Notes under the pieces: model-generated
The model's database searches: none
Seen by the model: the letters and a program-made list of their open reading frames with translations, nothing else
What the model was told of the DNA's origin: nothing
Shown here: piece after piece, positions 1-8,951 of the stretch
Layout: every line of letters begins with the position of its first letter
How positions within the stretch are numbered: the first letter of the stretch is position 1
Virus record (IMG/VR): IMGVR_UViG_3300015195_000008
Location: 1-50,270 of that record
DNA from: a virus
Taxonomy: Duplodnaviria; Caudoviricetes
Reading direction: 5' to 3' (one strand)
Length of the DNA stretch: 50,270 nucleotides
Program-made: the position numbers and the translations under genes

Positions 1-142
1 GTCTCCGATGTCACTTCCTCCGGTGAACCACTGATCGAACTGACCGATGTGCTGCAGGTTGTTACCGAGCACGTTCTGATTAGATTCAGCGTCCGTGAAG
101 ATATGATTCGTAGCCCATCCTAGCTTCCACCAAGACTGAGAC
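1..142. repeat. terminal direct repeat / assembly overlap, copy 1
   Basis: Matches 50129-50270 except at positions 9 and 16 (T vs G). Confidence 0.95.
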
Positions 143-1473
143 CGGAGATCGAAGAAATACGTGAGATTCAGTCTAGGGAAGCTAATGTGGTACATGCGAT
201 CGTACCAGAACCCGACGGCAGTGTCTAAGTCCGTATCGTTTAATGTCCTGATAAACTTCTTGATGTTCGATACTTGGTACTGCCCGTCTGACATGTTCTT
301 TGGAGTCGTACCGTCAGAGAACCAGACGCCTCGCTTGTTTATCCACCCCGACATTCCGTCAAGAGTTGCAACAGATAGACCCGAACGACACCCGGTGTCA
401 GATATCTTGATAGCAATGAAGTCAGCATTAGTTGAGCCATATACGGCATACAGGCTTCGATCCTTGTTAAGCAGTAAGACGCCTCCCTGGCTTGTCATAC
501 CAGCAGCAGCGTCATTGAAAGAGTTCTCACCGACCGGCAAGAATCCCTTAATGAGGTCGAAGCCCCAAGGCTCGTTCAAGTTGGAGTAGTAGACCAGGGA
601 GGGGTCCAAGGGAGTTCCCCATCCCCAAATGCGCTCCTGGTGAGTACAGATGAATTTGAACGGGAACGGGACATCTCGGTTCACCGTGAGGAGCTGCCCA
701 GTAACGTCTACATCGGCTAGGTTGTCGTTATAGGCCGTCGTTGTGTTATCGAAGATCGTATGAACCAGGTAGAACTGGTTAAGTACGCCTAAACCTAGAC
801 GGTAAATGTTTCTTTGGGTAACTTGAGGGTCTGGTGAAATAGGTATGTTGGTTAAGTTGATGCTTTGATTGTTTACTGTGACAGGAAGAGAGACAATGCC
901 CTGTGAACTCTCCTGGTTGATATTTCCGAATGTAATGCAGTAGTAGTATGTCACAGGGAGAGGTGTGCCTAAGTTGCCTGCCCCGTTCCCTGTTACCGTA
1001 GGCGCCGTAGGAGCAATGATACCCCAGAACGTAACCACGAGATTGAGGTCGATTTTTAATGGACGATCGACACTGTTATTGACGAAGCACCACTTCAGGG
1101 AGAACACGAACTGGGTATTGAGGCCAGGGGTGAGGACCTCGGGTAGGGCCAGGGGGTTGTATGGACCTAAGAGAGGTCCCTCATACAGCGTACCTACTCC
1201 GCCTACATCGACCGCGAAGATGTACGTATCGGCGAACCCTGGACGGATGAACTTCGTGAAGCCGTTTATCGGGCCTGGTAGTGTGCCGACGAACGATCGA
1301 CCAAGGGCCGTAACGTAAGACCCAAAAGTGTCGTTGGGGGTAACATTTGTTGCGTCCACAATGTTATCTGGAGCGAGACGAAAAGGAGCGGTGGTAGCAT
1401 CAATGCCCATAACAGGACCGACAGTAAGTATCGGTTGAACATTGTCTCCCTCAACCTCTATAGGGACGGCCAT
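1..1473 (-). CDS. tail nozzle/hub protein (P22 gp10 / T7 gp12-like), 5' part; continues across the junction to 49787 (~604 aa in total)
   Basis: Missing from the ORF track. Manual translation from ATG 1473 gives MAVPIEVEGDNVQPILTVGPVMGIDATTAPFRLAPDNIVDATNV...RNIYRL...HQERIWGWG...LVYYSNLNEPWGF. In frame with 49787-50128; beta-rich; follows the adaptor and fibre genes. Confidence 0.75.
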   Translation of the reverse strand, partial: MAVPIEVEGDNVQPILTVGPVMGIDATTAPFRLAPDNIVDATNVTPNDTFGSYVTALGRSFVGTLPGPINGFTKFIRPGFADTYIFAVDVGGVGTLYEGPLLGPYNPLALPEVLTPGLNTQFVFSLKWCFVNNSVDRPLKIDLNLVVTFWGIIAPTAPTVTGNGAGNLGTPLPVTYYYCITFGNINQESSQGIVSLPVTVNNQSINLTNIPISPDPQVTQRNIYRLGLGVLNQFYLVHTIFDNTTTAYNDNLADVDVTGQLLTVNRDVPFPFKFICTHQERIWGWGTPLDPSLVYYSNLNEPWGFDLIKGFLPVGENSFNDAAAGMTSQGGVLLLNKDRSLYAVYGSTNADFIAIKISDTGCRSGLSVATLDGMSGWINKRGVWFSDGTTPKNMSDGQYQVSNIKKFIRTLNDTDLDTAVGFWYDRMYHISFPRLNLTYFFDLRSQSWWKLGWATNHIFTDAESNQNVLGNNLQHIGQFDQWFTGGSDIGD

Positions 1474-2798
1474 TAGGTAACCCTGAAAGCTGTTATTTGG
1501 ATATTGGACGTACTAACAGAAACGGCACCGGAACTAGATACCGTACACGTAACAGTATCTCCAGGGTTTGCTAATCCGTTTAGCTGTAAGGTAAACTGCC
1601 CGAATGTAGTTGCAGGCAAATTAGCAACCGGATCTGAACCTCCTTGCCAAGCTCCTCCCGCAGTACCTCCCGTACCCGTCACATTAAGGGTACTGACACC
1701 CCCGGAGGATGTGTATTGAATGAAAGCCTGGCAAACAACATTCCAAGATGCCCCGTTAGATGGCACCGTAAGAGATAAAGGACTTCCTCCATACGAAACG
1801 ACCGCTCCGCCGATCGAAATGTGGTTTGCCGTAGTCGGGGCCTGTACGGTGTATGAGTGCGAAGTAGGCTGAGATATAGTTATACTACCGTCAGGAGACG
1901 ATAAAGTGACAACCGGAGTCGTTCCGTTCACATCTATATGCGTGCCTGGGTTAAGAGTGACGTTAGCTAGTTGGGTATGCCCTAAAACGTCTAAGGTACT
2001 GTTTGCAGTTAACGAAGCATCTACTGTAGCCCCCCCAGTAACATGCAGACTGCCTGTAGTAGTTAGCCCTACAACGAACAGAGTCGTGTCTGCAGTAAGT
2101 GACGAGTGAAACGTGCCTGCGCCGAACACATCAAGGGTCCCTGCTACAACGGTTGCGCCTGTTAAGGTAACATTATTGAAGCCAGGGAAGGGCACAAGGC
2201 CGGTTATACGGGCCGACGGGATAATCCCGGTTACGAGCGTGCCTGTCTTATCAACAGCCCACTTCGATACCCCGTTTACTACCAAGTTATCAAGGAGAGA
2301 GTTCGCGGCAGACGCTACATCAGTTACCTGGAGAAGCCTTCCCTGAACCTGTACCCCAACACCTGGGTCCCATGTAACGAAAATCTGCTGTGACGCCTGA
2401 TTTATCGTCAAGACGGTCAACGGGACGCTAATGACCTGCCCCTTATTGTCAATTTGGAAGAGTCTCGTCCAGGTTATCGGCGTGGAAGGTATGTTGGTAG
2501 GCGGAGACTCCCAACGAGTCATTGACCCGTCTGCGCCTAGTTCAAGAGCATACGCAGGCAGGCCAGTGTTCTGAGGCGACTCTTGGTCCCACTGCAGTAG
2601 GTTCTGATTCCACATAGCGTTCGTAACGAGCCAGAGGTTGCCTGAGACTTCGCGAATCTCTTGGTACTCGCCGTTCGGTTCTGTCGGAAGGAACTGAATG
2701 CCGGGAAAGGCTGTAGCCCCTATGACAATATCAAAAGGAAAGTTCCCTGAAGGGGAGACCGCATTGTCTGGGAGAAAAGGGTAAATACTCTCAGCCAT
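1473..2798 (-). CDS. tail fibre/spike-like virion protein (no signal peptide)
   Basis: 441 aa, Thr/Gly/Val-rich beta-repeat middle (TLDVFGAGTFHSSLTA, TLDVLGHTQLANVTL); lies between adaptor and nozzle. Confidence 0.6.
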   Translation of the reverse strand: MAESIYPFLPDNAVSPSGNFPFDIVIGATAFPGIQFLPTEPNGEYQEIREVSGNLWLVTNAMWNQNLLQWDQESPQNTGLPAYALELGADGSMTRWESPPTNIPSTPITWTRLFQIDNKGQVISVPLTVLTINQASQQIFVTWDPGVGVQVQGRLLQVTDVASAANSLLDNLVVNGVSKWAVDKTGTLVTGIIPSARITGLVPFPGFNNVTLTGATVVAGTLDVFGAGTFHSSLTADTTLFVVGLTTTGSLHVTGGATVDASLTANSTLDVLGHTQLANVTLNPGTHIDVNGTTPVVTLSSPDGSITISQPTSHSYTVQAPTTANHISIGGAVVSYGGSPLSLTVPSNGASWNVVCQAFIQYTSSGGVSTLNVTGTGGTAGGAWQGGSDPVANLPATTFGQFTLQLNGLANPGDTVTCTVSSSGAVSVSTSNIQITAFRVT

Positions 2799-3596
2799 TT
2801 AAAACCCCCACCATCCGCCACCGCTCCAGCCACAGGAATTGTTCCCTCTTGAACGACGTACCCAAGGTACAAAGTTTAGAGACTTCGTAGCTTGAAACTT
2901 GTTCACGTTCGTCTGCAGCTTCTTAATCTGCGCCATGTACAATTGAGCGTTCTTCATGCTATCTGCAGAACCGTCCGCTTGTCTCGAGTACTCCGACATC
3001 TTGTAGACCAGAGCATCTCGGTACATTTCGGGGAACGCTAAAAGGTCAGATGTATTGACGACTGTAGGAGGGATAGGGATAAAATCCATACAGACAGTGA
3101 AAACAGCGTTAGGAGGAGGTACGAAACCAATGTTACCATATCTGCGATACCATCTCGGAGGATTACTCCAGTTCCACATTGAAGCAGGGTGACCCTGACC
3201 TTGGCGCTGTGGCGAACGATAAGGATAAGTGACGGGTTTTTGTGCTATCCATTGGGGGGTAAGAGGCGGTTGACCTTGAATGAAGTCAGAGGAAGCGTCG
3301 AATATGTTTGCGTTCTCGCCTTCCATCGTCGGTATGTCGGTAGGCTCAATGAGCTGCTTCGCTCCGTTAGGGCCTAACATGTAAACACGAAGAACACGAA
3401 TGTTCTCCGTCATAGCATATTCCTGCTGGTTCGCGATCGTCGGGAACGTGTCAGTACCTTCGGTATAGGGGAGATCAAGAGCAGTCTGTACTTGAGCCTT
3501 GTTTAAGAGATCAATAGAATCAGCAACAGTGAACCTGTTTGTACCAGGTTCATTTACGTTACGTCGCCAATCGTTGATTACTTGACCACTGATCAC
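2799..3596 (-). CDS. head-tail adaptor (P22 gp4 / tail tubular A-like)
   Basis: Pattern DWRRNVNEP...DLLNKAQ...TIANQQEY...IGFVPPP...FPEMYRDALVY is typical of podovirus adaptors; synteny. Confidence 0.65.
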   Translation of the reverse strand: MISGQVINDWRRNVNEPGTNRFTVADSIDLLNKAQVQTALDLPYTEGTDTFPTIANQQEYAMTENIRVLRVYMLGPNGAKQLIEPTDIPTMEGENANIFDASSDFIQGQPPLTPQWIAQKPVTYPYRSPQRQGQGHPASMWNWSNPPRWYRRYGNIGFVPPPNAVFTVCMDFIPIPPTVVNTSDLLAFPEMYRDALVYKMSEYSRQADGSADSMKNAQLYMAQIKKLQTNVNKFQATKSLNFVPWVRRSRGNNSCGWSGGGWWGF

Positions 3597-3598
3597 TT

Positions 3599-4399
3599 CT
3601 ACCCACTTTTTTTCTTGCTTTTCGTTGTATTGACGGGATTATCGCGACGAGTATTCTTGGAACCGTCTCTGTTAAATGTCTTAGGTTTTGTTCCTGTCGT
3701 TATACGAGGAGTACGTTCCTTAGAACGGCTATACACTTCGCCCTTAGATTCAGCATGTGCTTTCCGCATTTCCCTATTCTTAATAATGTCACTAGTAGAC
3801 ATTTTAGGAGCTTCCGGCTTTTTGCTATATGCAGGTAAAGCCTTTTGCCCAGAACCCTTTTTGGACATCTTTGAAAGTTCTGCTTCAAACTCGTTATGGT
3901 TGCCCGAAGGGAGAGCCTTAGGTTTCGGTTTGCCGATGCTATCAAGTCTCTTCGTAGATCCGCCAGAGAGAGACTTAGGAGGCATAGCTCCCGCAACTTT
4001 CTGACCCTTATTTGCGACATTCCCAAGCTTTTTCGCTCCTGACCCAAGAGCTTTCTTGACAGGTGTAGGCGTACGAAGTTTTTGGACGGCTCCTTCGGCT
4101 AAGGAAGTACCTTTTTTTCCGCCCATAAAGGCTTTAGCCGCTCCGCCAAGAGCCTTAGCTGCACGGAACTCAGGAGCCGCAAACATGCCTGCTATAGGAC
4201 CAGACTTTTTAAGAGAGTCTACGGTGTCCTTAGCAAACCCTCTGGCTTCGTCTCCAAGGTTCAGCTTACTGTGGATCTTACGCGATTCTGAGCTACCTTT
4301 AGCTTCGGCACTACGTCGCTGCAAAGTATAAAACGCCGCTTTGCGCTTGCCTTTATCTTTTATACCTTGTACGGCTTTTTCGTCATCAGACATTGCCAT
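3599..4399 (-). CDS. highly basic Lys/Ala/Gly-rich hypothetical protein (possible DNA-condensing core protein)
   Basis: 266 aa low-complexity basic ORF packed tightly in the structural operon. Confidence 0.5.
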   Translation of the reverse strand: MAMSDDEKAVQGIKDKGKRKAAFYTLQRRSAEAKGSSESRKIHSKLNLGDEARGFAKDTVDSLKKSGPIAGMFAAPEFRAAKALGGAAKAFMGGKKGTSLAEGAVQKLRTPTPVKKALGSGAKKLGNVANKGQKVAGAMPPKSLSGGSTKRLDSIGKPKPKALPSGNHNEFEAELSKMSKKGSGQKALPAYSKKPEAPKMSTSDIIKNREMRKAHAESKGEVYSRSKERTPRITTGTKPKTFNRDGSKNTRRDNPVNTTKSKKKSG

Positions 4400-4406
4400 G
4401 ATGCAC

Positions 4407-4847
4407 CTATCCTGGGAGAGCGAACGCTAAAAGCGTAACAGTTCCTGATATTGTACCACCAATGACCGTTCCGCTAACGGCACGTACCGCAACAAGGGGA
4501 GCAGTGACATAAAGGGCACTGTTATCTGGCTTGTAGATAGGATTTGACCACTGGAAGCCTGCTTCTACTGAAGGAGCAGGAAGAGGGAACCACTCGTTGC
4601 CTGTAGATCCGTAGTCGTTGACTGGGCGTTGCTCTGGAGGGAAGTTCTGGTAGGCGGTAACGGTGTCAATTGTCCCATACAAGGTGATATTGTAGCCAAG
4701 GCCAGCACCCACCACTTGAAACATCCACTTCGGCCAGCGTGAGCATTCGGTTACTAACGGTAACACGCCGGAATCTTGTCCTGACGCTGTAAACGTGAAG
4801 ACGGGCTTTCCGCCCGCGCTTCCTACACTGGTTATGCTGCTTCCCAT
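4407..4847 (-). CDS. putative virion structural protein
   Basis: 146 aa, beta-rich; start overlaps the stop of the upstream gene. Confidence 0.55.
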   Translation of the reverse strand: MGSSITSVGSAGGKPVFTFTASGQDSGVLPLVTECSRWPKWMFQVVGAGLGYNITLYGTIDTVTAYQNFPPEQRPVNDYGSTGNEWFPLPAPSVEAGFQWSNPIYKPDNSALYVTAPLVAVRAVSGTVIGGTISGTVTLLAFALPG

Positions 4848-6472
4848 TACAGTTGCTCATTAGTGATCTGGAAGCCTTTGCCGGTTGAAACGCTCCCTGG
4901 AAGGTAGTAGTGAAGGTCCATCGGCACGCCCCAGAGGATCACGTTCAGACCGCCTGCAACAGTACCGTCGGCAGTAATGCGGAGAGTCAACTCCGTACCA
5001 GTAGGCCAGAAGGCGTCGAAGTTCTCGAGTGCATATACTTCCCCAACAAGGTCAGCCTGGCTAACATTGAACAGGGGGAGAATGATGTCCTCGGGGAACA
5101 AGGCGTTACCAAGGGTCGCAGTCAATGAAGGGGTTATCCCTTGATTCGTCGTGTCGAGTGGAGGAGAGACAGGCTTCGCTCCGGCGACACCGGTAACCAT
5201 GTTCGCTCCACTTGCCACTACCGTACCAGCGATGCTGGTTGTCGAGACGGAGAAGGTCGGAGTAGCTGTATCGTAAGCGATGGTCTGAATGACGATCTCT
5301 GCTCCGAGGGAGTTTGCACGATACAAGGTACTGAAGGCAGGGTTCACGCCGGTCATAGCCTGGAGGTTGAGCGATGCAGTCATGTTAGCCGCGAGCTGAG
5401 TCAGATTCGCCGCTGCGCGTCCAGTGACTTCGTACACGTAAGGAACGGCTGCGATTAAGATTGTGATCTTCTCGCCTGCCTGGTAGGTACCGCCGAGGGT
5501 CAGATACGCATACGAGGAAGCTGCTCCAGCCCCTTCATAAGGTCCTTTACCTGAAACGATGTTGAAGCCCATCTTACCTGCGGCGAAATGTCCGCCGGTA
5601 GGAACTCCAGTAGATCCGCCTGAAGGAGGAGGCACAGGGGTAGGAACAGTGATAGTGTTCGTATCCATCGTCAACGCGCCGTTACGAGCTAACATTCTAC
5701 CTACAACCACGGTGCTGGTATCGACGGTGATCGACGTTAGCGCCATAATGGTACCGTTGAAAGTGGAGGTAACACCTAACGTCGCGGAGCTTCCGACCTG
5801 CCAGTAGACATTGTTCGCATTGGCTCCATTGATTAACAAGACGTTGCTGCTTGTAGCGGTAGTGAGAGCAGTAGGCACTTGGAAGATCCAAACAGAGTTC
5901 GGGTTACCTCCAGCGTCAAGAGTGACCGTGCCAGTGATGCCTAACGAGGTAGCCGCCATGTAAAGGCCGGGAGACAGGATCAAACCGCCGATGTCAGCCG
6001 GTATGGAGATAGCGCCTGAACGAGCAGCAGCGTTGTTATACGCTGCAGTGAGATCGTTTTTAGCGGTAACTGCTGCAGGGTTAGCGATATTGGTTTGCCC
6101 TGTGACCGTAGGAGAACCAGTAACCGACGCACCAGGGGACAGGCCGAGGTCTCCGTTAATAGTCGTTGCGCCGGTGTTCGTGACTGTGGAACCAGCTAGC
6201 CCTCCATAGGTTGATGCAGTAGCGAGAGGGACAGCCGACGGACCTGAAGGGACGACAGGAGGAGCAGCAGACGGAGGTAGAGCTTCAATGTCGCTCAACA
6301 CATACGAGACATGCGTGAATTTAAAATTGAGTCCTAGGGGTTTTATACCTTGAGTTGTTAGCGAAGGCTGTGCAATTGCAGGAACAAACATAGGCTGAAA
6401 CTGCAAAGAGTCCCATGCACCGTAAAGAAGGGCCTGGGGATTACACTCCTTGGCCCGAATTTGGATACTCAT
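4847..6472 (-). CDS. probable capsid decoration/fibre protein with inserted DUF3494 (IBP-1) ice-binding domain
   Basis: aa ~81-275 carry the DUF3494 hallmarks LAGSTVTNTGATTINGDLGLSPG, AKNDLTAAYNNAAAR, LSPGLY, TVTLDAGGNPNSVWIFQ, NGANANNVYWQVGSSATLG, FNGTIMA, GRMLARNGAL. Confidence 0.85.
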   Translation of the reverse strand: MSIQIRAKECNPQALLYGAWDSLQFQPMFVPAIAQPSLTTQGIKPLGLNFKFTHVSYVLSDIEALPPSAAPPVVPSGPSAVPLATASTYGGLAGSTVTNTGATTINGDLGLSPGASVTGSPTVTGQTNIANPAAVTAKNDLTAAYNNAAARSGAISIPADIGGLILSPGLYMAATSLGITGTVTLDAGGNPNSVWIFQVPTALTTATSSNVLLINGANANNVYWQVGSSATLGVTSTFNGTIMALTSITVDTSTVVVGRMLARNGALTMDTNTITVPTPVPPPSGGSTGVPTGGHFAAGKMGFNIVSGKGPYEGAGAASSYAYLTLGGTYQAGEKITILIAAVPYVYEVTGRAAANLTQLAANMTASLNLQAMTGVNPAFSTLYRANSLGAEIVIQTIAYDTATPTFSVSTTSIAGTVVASGANMVTGVAGAKPVSPPLDTTNQGITPSLTATLGNALFPEDIILPLFNVSQADLVGEVYALENFDAFWPTGTELTLRITADGTVAGGLNVILWGVPMDLHYYLPGSVSTGKGFQITNEQL

Positions 6473-6474
6473 TA

Positions 6475-7431
6475 TTAAGCTCCTTGGCTACCGACAATAC
6501 CGCGCCATGAATCGACACCGTTCGAGACACGAACCTTGGCTTCATGTACAAGGTTTTCCGTGTTCACATCGACGAACGCGCGTTGACGGTTCTCTTTAAC
6601 GAGTGCGAACATGGAGTGCGAGTTCTCGAGTGAACCTTTACCCGTTGCGACCCACCAGGGGAAGGGACCTGCGCCTTGATTCGGGTTGAGGTAAGGGATC
6701 TCGATGGGCTCAAGCTTCGTTCTCTGCTGAGAAACGACGTTGATACGGTTCTGATCGGTTGACGGGTAGAGATTGGTCTGAAGGATTTCAGTAACCTGCT
6801 GGTGATAGCCAGGCGGGTAGATGATGTTCTTCGGGATGTAACGGATCAGTTTACCGCGTGGGTCTCTCGTGAGGGCGAACATCGTGATAACCGCTTGCAA
6901 CGATTCGACCGTGAAGGCGACGTTACCGAGGAAGTTGCTCTGAGTGACGCCTGGGAGTCCAGTGATCGGGTGAGCCGCGTTGATGAGCGAGAGACCGTCA
7001 TCGACGTTGTACCCACCTTGAGCTTCGCTGAGGAAGCTAAGGTTAAGGTTGTTGAAGAACAGGTACTCAAGGGTTTCATCGACTGACCGGCGAAGCATGC
7101 GGGGGAGCTTGCTGAAGATCGACTTCGGGTCTTCGATGCTTGCGGTTCTCGTGATGATGTACCGGAGACCGAAGTCTTGGAAGGTGAACATCATCGTGAA
7201 CTCTGGACTAGCCGAGTCTAAGTCAGGAACGCTTCCTTCACCGACAGGTGCAAGGAGACCTAACGGGATTAACGAATGGTTCTGAAAGAACCGACGTTTT
7301 GGATCGTAGTCAGGAGTGTTGAAGATTTCCTTCCAAAAGGTAGGATTCTCAAGGCCTTCCTTGACATACACATTCTCAAGGATCTTGGTAGCGGCTTCCT
7401 TGAAGGTATTGGTAAAGTGAATGGAAGGCAT
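6475..7431 (-). CDS. major capsid protein (HK97 fold, Mu gpT-like family)
   Basis: 318 aa; FGLRYIITR..IED, DGLSLINAAHP, PKNIIYPPG, WRGIVGSQGA C-terminus; synteny after scaffold and cement. Confidence 0.8.
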   Translation of the reverse strand: MPSIHFTNTFKEAATKILENVYVKEGLENPTFWKEIFNTPDYDPKRRFFQNHSLIPLGLLAPVGEGSVPDLDSASPEFTMMFTFQDFGLRYIITRTASIEDPKSIFSKLPRMLRRSVDETLEYLFFNNLNLSFLSEAQGGYNVDDGLSLINAAHPITGLPGVTQSNFLGNVAFTVESLQAVITMFALTRDPRGKLIRYIPKNIIYPPGYHQQVTEILQTNLYPSTDQNRINVVSQQRTKLEPIEIPYLNPNQGAGPFPWWVATGKGSLENSHSMFALVKENRQRAFVDVNTENLVHEAKVRVSNGVDSWRGIVGSQGA

Positions 7432-7433
7432 TC

Positions 7434-8378
7434 TTAAACTCCTTGAATGATGGCGAGCGCACTAGCAAGGAACACGACATATACTCGGATACCGAGGATA
7501 CCTGTAGGGTCATTCTTGTACTGATTATTGATAAGAGCGTTGTTCACGCTATTGTCAACGTCTTGGATGACGGCCACGAGGTTCGTAGCAGTTGGGTCAG
7601 CGATGTAGTACCCAGTAGCCGGATCAATCGCGAGGCCAACAGGCGTCCCGTAAGTCGCTTGCTGAGTCCCGCCAGTCATCCACCCAGTTGAGGCAGTGAG
7701 GTTCATAACCACGACATTTGGAGGCCCAAGGGTAAGGACTGGAATCTGTCCAGGCATCGCTGAGAAGAGGCCAGACCCGACTTGCGATTCGCCGAACACG
7801 GAGTCAGGGTAAGCCTTACCGACTGCCGGGTTGCCTTGGTAGGTCATCTCTGACGAGCATTGAGCGACACCGACGAGACCGCCGGTGACGTTCGCAGGAG
7901 CCGAAGAGATTCTGCCAGGCATGCTGAGAGCTGAACCGCCGACAAGAGTCGCGCCCGAAGGAGCAACTTCTCCAGTGGCCGAAGTAGTGGAGATGGCAAG
8001 GGTGATTGAGTTACCGGCGACTCCGCCGAGATTAGCGGTGATAATGACTAGGTTTCCGTCAACCTCTGCAGTAACCAACTCGGTCACTGAAAACAGGTTA
8101 ATGTCAACAACGAGTCTAGCAAGAGCGTCTGCGTTACTAACGACCGCGATTGCCGGACGAACAACACCATTGATTGAGTACGTGATCGTGTCCCCAACAA
8201 CAAAAATTCCTCCTAATAGGAAGAACCCTTCAGCCTTGGTCCCCGTCGCGAAGTAAACAAAGTCTGCATCTTTTATTAGGCCAGTTTCAGCAGGAAGATA
8301 GATTGGTGACATCGAAATTGCCGTAGTCGGCAACTGGACAACCGGTTTTTGAACCGCTACGACTATCGGAATCGCCAT
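7434..8378 (-). CDS. capsid cement/decoration protein with inserted domain
   Basis: Directly upstream of MCP; cement-like LVGVA segment plus an inserted GDTITYSING...LVVDIN...VTAEVDGNLVIITAN domain. Confidence 0.55.
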   Translation of the reverse strand: MAIPIVVAVQKPVVQLPTTAISMSPIYLPAETGLIKDADFVYFATGTKAEGFFLLGGIFVVGDTITYSINGVVRPAIAVVSNADALARLVVDINLFSVTELVTAEVDGNLVIITANLGGVAGNSITLAISTTSATGEVAPSGATLVGGSALSMPGRISSAPANVTGGLVGVAQCSSEMTYQGNPAVGKAYPDSVFGESQVGSGLFSAMPGQIPVLTLGPPNVVVMNLTASTGWMTGGTQQATYGTPVGLAIDPATGYYIADPTATNLVAVIQDVDNSVNNALINNQYKNDPTGILGIRVYVVFLASALAIIQGV

Positions 8379-8410
8379 GTAAAAATACCCTCACACTATC
8401 AGTTAATGCA

Positions 8411-8439
8411 AGGGTACCTCAACATTAAGACAATGTCAA
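8411..8439 (-). promoter_or_regulatory. sigma70-like promoter for cement/MCP genes
   Basis: TTGACA-N17-TACCCT in the 8379-8450 intergenic gap. Confidence 0.55.
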
Positions 8440-8450
8440 CGGATTATGCG

Positions 8451-8951
8451 TTAGATTATCTCTCCGTTGTGCTCTAACTCGGCTAAAACCCCCGAATCAT
8501 AATCCTCGGCTGCAGACTGTACGTGACTGAAAGCTGTGTGGCCTGTAGCGTTCAAGAGACCTAAAATCGCTCTTGACTTGTACAGACGATCGTTCGCCTC
8601 CGGGGGTATCTTAACCAGGATGAGGTCTCCAACTTTAATGACTTCTTCTCCGGCGACTTTCTTTACCTCGACGGCTAAAGCACAGTCATCTCTGAGTTCT
8701 TCCTCATCGACGAGCACATAGTCTCCTGAACGAATACGTGCCTTCAAGTACTGATCGTCTTTCGGCCAGGCATAGGCCCATCCCTTTTCAATCTCTTTGA
8801 TGTACATCTCTGGTTTTTCAAAGGTCGTTTCAACTCGTCTAGGAAGGTACGTCTGGCTAATGAGCTTGATCTGCTCCTCTACGGTACGACGTTCGCCTCC
8901 AACAGCCATGTTCGGCATAGGGGCGTAAACTGGAGCTTTCTCGTCTGACAT
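8451..8951 (-). CDS. hypothetical head-module protein
   Basis: 166 aa between scaffold and cement; GWAYAW and VIKVGDLILVKIP motifs. Confidence 0.6.
   Translation of the reverse strand: MSDEKAPVYAPMPNMAVGGERRTVEEQIKLISQTYLPRRVETTFEKPEMYIKEIEKGWAYAWPKDDQYLKARIRSGDYVLVDEEELRDDCALAVEVKKVAGEEVIKVGDLILVKIPPEANDRLYKSRAILGLLNATGHTAFSHVQSAAEDYDSGVLAELEHNGEII

Noticed and set aside
1-142. Biological direct terminal repeat of the virion DNA
   Set aside because: It falls mid-gene and its length is typical of an assembler overlap
161-1454. Track ORFs 161-589, 965-1318 and 1266-1454
   Set aside because: Antisense or out-of-frame shadows of the junction-spanning tail gene
6470-6480. Stop read-through fusing MCP to the ice-binding protein
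   Set aside because: MCP ends in TAA TAA TGA in frame, the next gene is in another frame, and no slippery sequence is evident
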